Source: a virus (lineage: Duplodnaviria; Caudoviricetes). From it: a stretch of DNA of 42,539 nt. A program made the position numbers and the translations under genes. The stretch is taken from the IMG/VR virus record IMGVR_UViG_3300037575_000008, positions 1 through 42,539 of that record. One strand, given 5' to 3'. Positions 17,526 to 26,179 of the stretch are shown here, in pieces; the stretch's first letter is position 1, and each line of letters begins with the position of its first letter. The notes beneath the pieces were generated by a model. That model was not told the DNA's origin. It did not search any database and worked only from the letters and a program-made list of their open reading frames with translations.

Positions 17526-17750
17526 GTGAGTATTTATCAAAAACTATTTTACTTGGTTGAATCAAGGTTAAGCCCAAGGTTTAGAATAAACGTTAACTAC
17601 AATAGCGTAACGGACTGGACGGTTGAAATAACAACTCAAATTGAACAAAAGCAGGTTTTGTTTTGCCAGAGTTGTGATAGAGACAAAGCTTTTGCTGAAG
17701 CTTATTGTAAGTTTACAGATTACCTGTCTGAAGAATTAGGCGGGTATTAG
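17526..17750 (+). CDS. Hypothetical protein
   Basis: AGGAG RBS. Confidence 0.7.
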   Translation: MSIYQKLFYLVESRLSPRFRINVNYNSVTDWTVEITTQIEQKQVLFCQSCDRDKAFAEAYCKFTDYLSEELGGY

Positions 17751-17931
17751 TTTCACGCCGCCTAGATACGACAATCCTGTCATAATCGGTTGTTTTAACA
17801 TGGTCTTTGTCTAGGTGGTTTCTTTTTACACTGGTTGTGGTTTTAATTTTAACAGCTTGAAGCGGGGATGTTGAGTTGATGCAACGTTGTTCCCATTTTC
17901 CGCAACCAGTTTTTTATTTTTGGAGATTGAT

Positions 17932-18201
17932 ATGAGTGAAGCGAAGTTTGCAAAGGGTGAGTGGAGAGTTAAGATTGAGCAGCCATACCCACACACGCTT
18001 AGCCAGATATTAACGGTCGTGACAGATGATTTTGACGTTGTTTGCGTTCCTCATGGAATTAGAAATCAACATGATGCAACCCTAATAGCCGCAGCGCCAA
18101 GTATGTATTCGATGCTGCAAGAATTATTAGATGGTGGCTCATTGCACAGAATGGACGCCAAAGCAATATCTGACCTACTAGCCAAAGCGCGAGGAGAATA
18201 A
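17932..18201 (+). CDS. Hypothetical phage protein (KFxxGxW...A.LIAAAP family; start revised)
   Basis: GGAG RBS; DATLIAAAPSMY motif. Confidence 0.75.
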   Translation: MSEAKFAKGEWRVKIEQPYPHTLSQILTVVTDDFDVVCVPHGIRNQHDATLIAAAPSMYSMLQELLDGGSLHRMDAKAISDLLAKARGE

Positions 18202-18202
18202 C

Positions 18203-18367
18203 ATGCTCACATACTGGAAGATAACGTTTACTATTGCTCTTGTGGCTGTGTTGGTTGGTGCGGTTGACAGATGGACAGAGTACAGGTGCTACGCTGTGCG
18301 AGATTTGCTACTTCTCGCCTTTATGTCATTCGTATGCATCGGATTAGCTATTGAGGTATGGGCGTGA
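18203..18367 (+). CDS. Small 2-TM membrane protein (54 aa, not in ORF track)
   Basis: GAGGAG RBS; two hydrophobic segments. Confidence 0.6.
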   Translation: MLTYWKITFTIALVAVLVGAVDRWTEYRCYAVRDLLLLAFMSFVCIGLAIEVWA

Positions 18368-18612
18368 TAGAGCTTAAACGGAATAAGCCCAGCGAGTGGC
18401 AATTAAAATTTAACGGCATTAGCATTGTTCTTTACGGCTATGAATACGACGCACACCCCGATTATACTTGGATAGCACTTAACACAGGCGGCGGACACCC
18501 GGTAGAGATTGAAGGTCAGCTTGCCACTGAGATTTATTTAAAACTTGCAGCCGCTGGTGTAAAATGTGAGTTATTTAAAGAAAAGACTTACATTTACAAT
18601 TGTGGCTTATAA
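18358..18612 (+). CDS. Hypothetical protein (start 18358 or 18364)
   Basis: GAGG RBS; last gene of the right arm. Confidence 0.65.
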   Translation: MGVIELKRNKPSEWQLKFNGISIVLYGYEYDAHPDYTWIALNTGGGHPVEIEGQLATEIYLKLAAAGVKCELFKEKTYIYNCGL

Positions 18613-18639
18613 TTATTGTCTAGGCTCGGAGCTTAATAC

Positions 18640-18667
18640 ACCCCGCAAATAGCGGGGTTATTTTTTA
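18640..18667 (+). terminator. Intrinsic terminator at the convergence of early and lysis genes
   Basis: ACCCCGC-aaata-GCGGGGT plus T-run. Confidence 0.8.
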
Positions 18668-19101
18668 CCCTTACCTGCCATTCTTTCCATTATGCCGTTA
18701 GCAAAAGTACCCATGTAAGGTGCGCAGAAATAAAACGCGATTATAAGCATTACAGCATCATTTAAGCCATTGGCAAATTCGAATAGCAGGTTACTTGTTT
18801 CTAGCCATTTATCCCTACCATCAACCCATACAGCAATCATAGAGCCGATAGAAGCTGAAACGTACATACCAAGCCATACGCCCACTATGGATAACGCTAT
18901 AAGTCTCCTAGCAAGGTTTTGACCGCTAGTGGCTGCCATCCATTGCACGACCATCTGGCGCGCCTCTGACCTATCGGCTTTTGCGTCGTCTGCCTTTTCT
19001 TCGTCAGAGTAGTAAAGTTTATCTAGGCCGTTAGAAACCGTATCGATAGTCTTTTCGATTGCAGTATCAGAGCCAAACAACTTGGAGAAGAATGACCACA
19101 T
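18658..19101 (-). CDS. Holin-like membrane protein (GTA 3TM-holin type)
   Basis: Amphipathic N-terminus, DKLYYSDEEKA, TM segments, IIAFYF; downstream of the endolysin. Confidence 0.65.
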   Translation of the reverse strand: MWSFFSKLFGSDTAIEKTIDTVSNGLDKLYYSDEEKADDAKADRSEARQMVVQWMAATSGQNLARRLIALSIVGVWLGMYVSASIGSMIAVWVDGRDKWLETSNLLFEFANGLNDAVMLIIAFYFCAPYMGTFANGIMERMAGKGKK

Positions 19102-19104
19102 AGG

Positions 19105-19188
19105 CTAATCCAACAACCCGTCGTTAGTAAAACCTAAATCGCCCCAGTCTTCTTCATTAAATTCAATAAAATCGTACCATTCATTCAT
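19105..19188 (-). CDS. Acidic micropeptide (27 aa)
   Basis: GAGAGGG RBS; exactly fills the gap between endolysin and holin. Confidence 0.45.
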   Translation of the reverse strand: MNEWYDFIEFNEEDWGDLGFTNDGLLD

Positions 19189-19190
19189 AA

Positions 19191-19619
19191 TTAAACCCTC
19201 TCAAAATGCGGCATATCCCAGCCATGCTCAACGCCATATTTCTTTTTACCCTTACTAGACCACAAGCCGCCCCAGCGCAAATTAACACCGCAACGTACAG
19301 CAGCTTCAAGCATTGCACATGCAACCATTGAAAGGTGATGTTCATCCCATGACGGCTTGCCATCAACATAAGCAAAGACATCAACCGCATTACCAGATTG
19401 ATGATTTGATTTCTTATCGTAACCGTCGATATTGGTAATTATATCGCCTGGCTCTGAGCGACCTTGGCGATAAAGCTTATTTTGTTGCTCTTGCGTTCTA
19501 TACCCATCGGATACGCCAAAATCAACTTTAGTAATTTGAATTGCGAGTTTGACAACGCCCACTAATTCAGGGTGAACTCCGTCGAGGTTTCTTAGGGAGG
19601 TTTTGCTTAGTTTAAACAC
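19191..19619 (-). CDS. Endolysin, M15 L-alanyl-D-glutamate peptidase (start revised to GTG 19619)
   Basis: S..NLDGVHPEL, GYRT.EQQ..LY, SNH..GNAVD, RWGG.W, DMPHFE. Confidence 0.9.
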   Translation of the reverse strand: MFKLSKTSLRNLDGVHPELVGVVKLAIQITKVDFGVSDGYRTQEQQNKLYRQGRSEPGDIITNIDGYDKKSNHQSGNAVDVFAYVDGKPSWDEHHLSMVACAMLEAAVRCGVNLRWGGLWSSKGKKKYGVEHGWDMPHFERV

Positions 19620-19620
19620 A

Positions 19621-19953
19621 TTAACCCCCATAACTCTTAAAAGCCCCGTAGAGCACCACAGCGACGACAACGCCAACCGCTGCCTTAATCACCCAGTCAA
19701 TAAGCTTTCTCTCTGCCACAGAGCCAGCATGAGCCGCTTCTAGTGCATTGATGCGTTTAGAGTGGTTGTTTAATCTGTTCTCGCAGTCATCTATGCGTCG
19801 AGTCATGTTTTCGTCGTGAACTTCACGTCTAGCTATAACCGTAACCAAGTCACCTATCTTTTGTGATAGGTTTCTCAATTCGCCGTTTGTATCGGCTTGT
19901 TGATTCTCTAGCTTCTCGACCATTTTGAATAACTGCTCAGTCTCGTTGCTCAT
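19621..19953 (-). CDS. Coiled-coil protein with a C-terminal TM (holin/antiholin-like)
   Basis: Heptad N-terminus, one C-terminal TM, upstream of the endolysin. Confidence 0.6.
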   Translation of the reverse strand: MSNETEQLFKMVEKLENQQADTNGELRNLSQKIGDLVTVIARREVHDENMTRRIDDCENRLNNHSKRINALEAAHAGSVAERKLIDWVIKAAVGVVVAVVLYGAFKSYGG

Positions 19954-20438
19954 TTAAGCCCCTCCTTGCCTTGCGTCCCTTTACTGCAATGACGATAAGG
20001 CTGAATATGTAGCATGTTAGTAAATACCCTGAAAGAATTATGCCAGCAATTAGCCACGGCGTTATTAAACTTTGGGATAGATACGCACATAAGAGCAATA
20101 TGCAGTATAAGGATAATACTTTCATGATTGTGCCAAAGCCATGTTTGTGTTTCATAATTTGCAATTGTATCAAGGGCGTAAGCTAGACTGTACAAAGCAA
20201 TCACTGAGCAAGCAGCCGCAGGAGTTGGAAGTGATTTTTTAAGATGGTAATAGGCAAGGGTGAGGTATAAGCCCATAAAGAACATGAACGATGTATAAAT
20301 CTCTGATTGTGTAGGCTCTTCACTGTATGTGAATTGCAACAGAATAACTATTAAGAAAGTAAAAAAGCAGGCTAATGCTTGCCTGCTTCTTACTATGTAC
20401 ACCGAGACCACGTAAGAGGCCAGTAAAACCCAAATCAT
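19950..20438 (-). CDS. Multi-pass membrane protein of the lysis cassette
   Basis: About 5 hydrophobic segments. Confidence 0.65.
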   Translation of the reverse strand: MIWVLLASYVVSVYIVRSRQALACFFTFLIVILLQFTYSEEPTQSEIYTSFMFFMGLYLTLAYYHLKKSLPTPAAACSVIALYSLAYALDTIANYETQTWLWHNHESIILILHIALMCVSIPKFNNAVANCWHNSFRVFTNMLHIQPYRHCSKGTQGKEGLK

Positions 20439-20439
20439 A

Positions 20440-20493
20440 TCACTTGGTTTTAGGTTTCTTACTGCCGCGCTTACCCTTTTTTAATCCTGCCAT
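20440..20493 (-). CDS. Basic micropeptide MAGLKKGKRGSKKPKTK (17 aa)
   Basis: AGAGGG RBS; stop lies 1 nt before the next ATG. Confidence 0.45.
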   Translation of the reverse strand: MAGLKKGKRGSKKPKTK

Positions 20494-20536
20494 AATCACG
20501 CCCTCTTTGTCATAAATTTCATTAGATACTAGCACA

Positions 20537-20560
20537 ATAAAAATCCCCAATAAAGGGGCT
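20537..20560 (-). terminator. Terminator after the tailspike genes
   Basis: CCCC/GGGG stem followed by a U-run on -. Confidence 0.6.
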
Positions 20561-20567
20561 TATTAGC

Positions 20568-22493
20568 TTAAGTCACATTGTTGCCGCTCAACTGAGTCCA
20601 ACTTGATATGTTTGCGTTATACATTAAGAGCAAGCTATCAGCTACACCAGAAAGAGTGAAATCCACGCTCCCATTCAGCAATATATTGCCCGTCCCATGC
20701 TTAACGGTAACATCACGAACATTTGATTGAGAGCGAATCATCAAGGTGTCACCATCGTAAAATGTGCCCGTTATACTGTCTAGGTCATCCGCGGCAGAGC
20801 TAGCTTCTGTGTCAACTATGAGCAGTTTTACCCCTCTGTTCTGTATAGCAACAACCCCTGCGCTTATGGCCTCGTTTATATAAACCGTTTGGTCGCTGTA
20901 ATTTATCGTGTTTGAGCCTGTGCTAGAGGTATCTATAACTCGACTCATAACGCCATCAACAACAGCGGGGTCAGCATTCCATTTTTTAATATTAACAGTA
21001 TTTCTCGTTGCTGTGCTGCCGAAGTTAGCAATGGCTGAGCTACTGATGTCTTTAATATTGTTTAAGTCAACTATGTTATCTTGAAGTACTCCAGCATCAC
21101 CACTAAGCCTAACAACAGATTTACTTGCGGCCATATTCTGAACTTCTGCCGCCGTGTAGTTATTATTGCAGTTTTGTTGCCAGTCGATTGCATTTTCACC
21201 CGAGCCTAGCATATCTATTTTAACATCTACACTATTGCCAGATGCGCCACTGGCTTGAAAGCCCGCCGTGCAACCCATAACTATTGCGCTAGCCTTTGAG
21301 TTTTGGACACCGGTAACAGACTCTCGCCCAAAACCAAGACCAACAAAGCAATTTTCAACTATTCCAGTTATTGAGCAGTTGCTGCACTCATTTTTAAGCT
21401 GCAAGCCTATACCTGGAGACCCCGCGCAACCTTTGACCGATGCGTTGTAGGCATGTGAGTCGTTCAGGTCGCCTATAAGTATTCCGTTATTGGCAACACC
21501 AAGCCCGTCGATAACAGGATTGTAAATATAATTTCTTGCGTATGTGTTGGCTACTGAACCAAACACTAATATCCCAGTGTTGGTATGGTTTGTTATAACA
21601 GGGTTGTGCGTCTTGCTGTCGTTACAGTTTGAAATAACTAACCCGTGACTACCTCCGGCTCCACCGCCATCAATTACAGGGCTAAACAACTCAAAGTTGT
21701 TGCTATCCGTCACCTCGAAAACCGTATATGTGCCGCCAATCCTAGTTACCTTGCCACCTCCTATGAATCTCAGCTTAAACCCTGAGCCATTTGAGATTCG
21801 CCACCTAGATTGCACCTCGTACTCTTTTGACAACGTGTAATCGCCACCTTGAGATACAATCAGAGATAACGCATTTAGCTGGTCAGTATCATCCGCGCCG
21901 TTTGGGATAAATCCCAACTGAGAAACATCAATCGTGCCAGATGAAACAATTTCCCAAACCGCCCCCGTCGCATCCGTCAACGTACCATCGCCACGCAAAG
22001 CAGGGCTTTGACTTTGTGAGCCTGTTTCAATTGTCTTAATCCACTGAGCGCCACCACCATCGCCAGGGGAAGAGTAGCCTGTAAACGAAAGTGCCGTACC
22101 AACCTCATAGTTAAACGCATTGGTAATTAATCCAGTAGTAACGGCGATAGGCACAGCCCCACCTGCTTGTTCGTAATAGTTCCATCCCGCACCGTTATAC
22201 TGATAAATCCCGTTACCATTATCACCGAATGGCGATGGAAACCACTGATTTGTCCCGTCAAAATAAAACACCGAGCCAAGCTGCGGCTTAAAGACCGCGC
22301 CTGTCGTGTCTGTCAGTAGATTATCACCACGCTGTATAGGAGATTGCGAAGGCGTACCAGTAGCACCAGTAACAAGCCATAAAGAAGCACCGCCATCACC
22401 CTTTGAAGCAAACCCCTCAAAAGCTGCGACGGTTTCATTTGGTGGTAGTTTACCGTTAGCTATAAAATCCTGTACGGTTGACCATCTTTTCAT
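20568..22493 (-). CDS. Tailspike B, beta-helix depolymerase-like, no head-binding domain
   Basis: Two G-x4-GDGG modules, DDTDQL neck, Asn/Gly-rich beta-helix repeats. Confidence 0.8.
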   Translation of the reverse strand: MKRWSTVQDFIANGKLPPNETVAAFEGFASKGDGGASLWLVTGATGTPSQSPIQRGDNLLTDTTGAVFKPQLGSVFYFDGTNQWFPSPFGDNGNGIYQYNGAGWNYYEQAGGAVPIAVTTGLITNAFNYEVGTALSFTGYSSPGDGGGAQWIKTIETGSQSQSPALRGDGTLTDATGAVWEIVSSGTIDVSQLGFIPNGADDTDQLNALSLIVSQGGDYTLSKEYEVQSRWRISNGSGFKLRFIGGGKVTRIGGTYTVFEVTDSNNFELFSPVIDGGGAGGSHGLVISNCNDSKTHNPVITNHTNTGILVFGSVANTYARNYIYNPVIDGLGVANNGILIGDLNDSHAYNASVKGCAGSPGIGLQLKNECSNCSITGIVENCFVGLGFGRESVTGVQNSKASAIVMGCTAGFQASGASGNSVDVKIDMLGSGENAIDWQQNCNNNYTAAEVQNMAASKSVVRLSGDAGVLQDNIVDLNNIKDISSSAIANFGSTATRNTVNIKKWNADPAVVDGVMSRVIDTSSTGSNTINYSDQTVYINEAISAGVVAIQNRGVKLLIVDTEASSAADDLDSITGTFYDGDTLMIRSQSNVRDVTVKHGTGNILLNGSVDFTLSGVADSLLLMYNANISSWTQLSGNNVT

Positions 22494-22508
22494 TTTGTTA
22501 CCCTTATA

Positions 22509-24581
22509 TTAAACCGCGCCGCCCCATGTTAGGGATGTTCCGCCTATGACCGCTGTTAGTGAATTTGCAGACTTCGCACGCACATCGTTAATGTACGCAT
22601 CCATGTTCGCCGCCGCTGACAAGTCCATGCTATCAACACCTGTAAACGTAACACGCTGAACACTTACGTCGTGCGATATTGCGCTAAACGAGCTTGAACC
22701 TCTAACAACACCAAAGTTACCGCCAGAGTTTGTTTCGACGAACACATCAAGCCCGTTAACATTAACCTCGTGCCCATCGTGAACACCAAGAAAAATAATT
22801 GCGTCAGTAGCAAGCGTACGCACCTTAACGGTTACGTTTTTTATCTCTGCGATTATCGGTGAGTTTCGCGCCTCTAGCAGTAAGCCTCGAAAATTACCCA
22901 AAGGCTTAAATATACCGCCTTCTATGCGAATTTCCGCAGGGTCTGTTCCGGCTGGCGGGTCTCCTTCGTAATATGCTATGCCTGTATCATTGTATTCTAG
23001 GTCGGCATTTATTATCTCAGCGCCAGACGCGGGGTTGATTGTTGCGCCAACTTGACCGCCAGCCATAGCAATACCAACCTGCAAGCCTCTGCCGAAAGGC
23101 TGAATAAACCTAACGTTTCGACTTCTTATCTGCCCAAAGTTGCCACTGTCGTATGCTTCGCAGTTCTCAAAAGATATATCAATGAAGCCCGGGTGAGTAT
23201 CCCATGCTCCCGTTGTCGCCGCTCTTGCAATACTGTCTACTACTCGGCAATTCGTGCTATATCCGCAACGCTCATCAAGGCCGCCTCTAGTGGTTGCCCC
23301 TCCGTTAGTGAAAGCGTGGCGACCACCGTTAAACAAGAAATTGATAACAAAGCCACCATCGCAACTTTGGTCATATATACCGTAGCCGAAGTTTCTTGTT
23401 GCTGCATTATCCAAACTATTGATAACCGAACAGTCTTTATTTACGTACCCATAGCAGGATATGTAATTCATGCCCACATCTTTTGAATTAACAATATTTA
23501 CGTTTTCCATCACTGGTTTGTACAGTGAAAAGAAAGTAACTAGCGGGGCATGGTCAGCGTAAGACGCAACGGGCGATATAGTTAAGTTGCATATCTTGGC
23601 TGTCTTTTTATCCAGCTTAAACAGAGTTACGTTGTTTTGATAAAGCCCGAAGTCATGGATTTTACGGTCCAGTGTCAACGTGTTACCTGAAAGTACATCA
23701 ATAGTTGCAAACTGCCCAAGATATCTATTACCATCCCAAAAGTCAGGTTGCTCATCGGTGCATGTGATTTTTACCACATCGCCCTCGTTATATCCTGACG
23801 CATCAGCGACAATAACGGTTTTACTTGACACTGACGAAACAGCCACCTGATTTGAAAATGAGCCTTCTGAGTACAAGGCAAAGCCAAATGCTGCGCTTAT
23901 CACCTCACTGTTGGCGAAGTCTACTGTTGTGCATTTTGTGTCTAGCGCGTCAATGGTAAAGTTATACTTCTTATCAAGCTTAACCGTGCCGCCTTCACCC
24001 ACCGCAGCGACCGCAGCCTTTAAAGCCGATGTTTCATTGCCCGTACCAACAAAACCAACGGCTCGCGGGTCTAAATAGCCAGACGTAACCAAACGCCACA
24101 CTGCGCCGCGTAGGTCTGTCAATGTACCGTCTTGCCTTACAAGTGGAGACTGCGAGGCCGTATCAGTGTCTGCGGTTTTGATCCATTGCCCTGTGCCGCC
24201 GTCGCCTTGTGAAGCGTAGCCGCCAACGGTTAGTAATGAGCCAACACCGAAGTTAAAAATATTGCTAACAAGCGCCGTGACTGTTTTTGGTGCGCCAAAA
24301 TTAATCGACACATCAAATATACTTACATCGCGTAGCACTAGCTGAGATGGTAAGCCTTCATCTTGATAAATATCGTAACGACCATCGGCAACATAAAACT
24401 CATAGTTGCCGTTATTGTCAACCGTAAACGGGTTGCTCTTGCTTGTTACCCCGTCGTCACTATAAAGCGCAACCTTTAAGCCTGTACTACTATCGCGTAC
24501 AGTTATGGTCGTGCCTGTTGCCGCGTTACCGCTTGCCGTAGTGTCAAACTTAGCTACAACGCTGTTCAAATATTTCTTCAT
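22509..24581 (-). CDS. Tailspike A, beta-helix depolymerase-like with an N-terminal anchor domain
   Basis: LYSDDG...NPFTVD.NG.YEFYVADGRYDI anchor; GYASQGDGG; NETSALKAA; beta-helix. Confidence 0.8.
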   Translation of the reverse strand: MKKYLNSVVAKFDTTASGNAATGTTITVRDSSTGLKVALYSDDGVTSKSNPFTVDNNGNYEFYVADGRYDIYQDEGLPSQLVLRDVSIFDVSINFGAPKTVTALVSNIFNFGVGSLLTVGGYASQGDGGTGQWIKTADTDTASQSPLVRQDGTLTDLRGAVWRLVTSGYLDPRAVGFVGTGNETSALKAAVAAVGEGGTVKLDKKYNFTIDALDTKCTTVDFANSEVISAAFGFALYSEGSFSNQVAVSSVSSKTVIVADASGYNEGDVVKITCTDEQPDFWDGNRYLGQFATIDVLSGNTLTLDRKIHDFGLYQNNVTLFKLDKKTAKICNLTISPVASYADHAPLVTFFSLYKPVMENVNIVNSKDVGMNYISCYGYVNKDCSVINSLDNAATRNFGYGIYDQSCDGGFVINFLFNGGRHAFTNGGATTRGGLDERCGYSTNCRVVDSIARAATTGAWDTHPGFIDISFENCEAYDSGNFGQIRSRNVRFIQPFGRGLQVGIAMAGGQVGATINPASGAEIINADLEYNDTGIAYYEGDPPAGTDPAEIRIEGGIFKPLGNFRGLLLEARNSPIIAEIKNVTVKVRTLATDAIIFLGVHDGHEVNVNGLDVFVETNSGGNFGVVRGSSSFSAISHDVSVQRVTFTGVDSMDLSAAANMDAYINDVRAKSANSLTAVIGGTSLTWGGAV

Positions 24582-24931
24582 AGGAATTGGTCCTCAAAAT
24601 AAACCGTGACACTAGTGCTCGCTGATGCTTTCTTGTTGCTATCACCTGTATCTGTTACGGTTAATCTTAACACACCTTGTACCTCTACGTTATAGCCTGA
24701 CAGCGTTAAGCGTGTTTTTTCATTGGATGGGGTGTTGACGCCGCCGTTATCAAACGACCATGCGTAGGTAAACGGACCCACGCCATTGGTTACTGTGGAT
24801 TTAAAGTAAGGCGTAGTGTAAGAACCATTACTGCTAATGGAGATAAAGTTAGTCGGTGATATTGAGACTTTTACGTCTGGCGGCGATGGCGGCTCTTGGT
24901 AGCCGCCTGCTCCTTTACCAAGACCCAGCAT
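24578..24931 (-). CDS. Small Ig-like tail-fibre tip or adhesin partner
   Basis: GGVGP-type FTYAWS and LTVTD Ig pattern; coupled to the fibre gene. Confidence 0.55.
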   Translation of the reverse strand: MLGLGKGAGGYQEPPSPPDVKVSISPTNFISISSNGSYTTPYFKSTVTNGVGPFTYAWSFDNGGVNTPSNEKTRLTLSGYNVEVQGVLRLTVTDTGDSNKKASASTSVTVYFEDQFL

Positions 24932-26109
24932 TAGTTAAACCCCTGGCCAAACACTGAGCCATACACAGCGTCATTGGAGTATTTTGTAAACACAATGATG
25001 TCCTCTTTCGCTGCTGTGCTTGTAATGGTTGGCGCGCCTGCCGCGCCAAAGTCAACCGATGGGAAAGAAATAGTAAATCCACCTGCCGCACCTTGTCGCA
25101 CCTTTAACGAACAAGTATTATTTGAAATGGCGTTCTCGTTAACCAAGACAACATCTGTAATATTGGATGATAGCGTAACCTTAAACGCCGTCGCTCTGCT
25201 TAAATCTAAAGTCAACACGCCACCGCTAGGCGAAACGGTCAATTCTGATTCGCTGTACGAGCGTATGCGCTGTCTAAACCGATACATGCGAAGTTGCAAG
25301 CCGTTATCCAATGTAAGGTAGTTAATACCATCATCAGCAAAAGAACCTTCATCGACAACAAGGTAGCGTAAGCCGCCCTCTTCGTCGTTTTCGTCCGTCA
25401 AGTCTAGCAACTCTACAACGTCACCAATCTTTAACGGCGCTGCTTTTGCCTCTTGGAATGTCCTAAACGTATACCGGTTTAGGTTTGTTGTCACACTAGT
25501 TGAACGCGCATCATCCGCCGCAAACTGCCTGCCGCGAATCTGTGTACCCGCTGGATAGGTTTGAAGTAGCGTTATAATACCCGCACCACCATCTGCAATC
25601 GCGTAATGCGTATCACGGAATAAAGGTCCGTCGTCTACGTCATTGCCAGCAATGTCAAACACAGCCGTACTTACATCAACGTTTTGGAATGTGACAGCGC
25701 TTTGCCCTGCTGTTAGCGTCAAAATCTCAGTGCGTGGCTGTGCACCAATTTCAGAGCTAGATAGTTGATTAACTTTAGGCGCATAGTATTTACTTGCGCC
25801 GTTTTTATCCAACACGCGCATAGAGTAAGGGCCATCAACCAACAAGATAACAGGTGAGCCGTTATACATTGGTACGCCGCCATTACCTAATTTGATAGGC
25901 TGGTCAATCGCTATCGTTTCACCGTCTTCCTGTGCAATATACACGCGCTTGCGGTTTTCTGGCTGCACTGGGTCGTAAGTTGGCAAACCAAAATAGACTT
26001 CGCCACCCGCTAACGCTTTGGGCTTTTCGGGGTCTGCGAAAAACTCATACGGGTTAGTAACCCGTAATAAGCTTTCTGGTGAAACTGCTGTGTTATTGAG
26101 TATTGTCAT
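24931..26109 (-). CDS. Tail fibre/adaptor with a P22 tailspike head-binding domain
   Basis: GGEVYFGLP..DP.......VYIAQEDG....IDQPI matches the P22 gp9 head-binding domain; fibre-type C-terminal domain. Confidence 0.8.
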   Translation of the reverse strand: MTILNNTAVSPESLLRVTNPYEFFADPEKPKALAGGEVYFGLPTYDPVQPENRKRVYIAQEDGETIAIDQPIKLGNGGVPMYNGSPVILLVDGPYSMRVLDKNGASKYYAPKVNQLSSSEIGAQPRTEILTLTAGQSAVTFQNVDVSTAVFDIAGNDVDDGPLFRDTHYAIADGGAGIITLLQTYPAGTQIRGRQFAADDARSTSVTTNLNRYTFRTFQEAKAAPLKIGDVVELLDLTDENDEEGGLRYLVVDEGSFADDGINYLTLDNGLQLRMYRFRQRIRSYSESELTVSPSGGVLTLDLSRATAFKVTLSSNITDVVLVNENAISNNTCSLKVRQGAAGGFTISFPSVDFGAAGAPTITSTAAKEDIIVFTKYSNDAVYGSVFGQGFN

Positions 26110-26179
26110 TGGTTCGCCTTTAAACTATGTGCTATATTCAATGATACTATGACTATTGCACTAATACTAATACTTGGGG

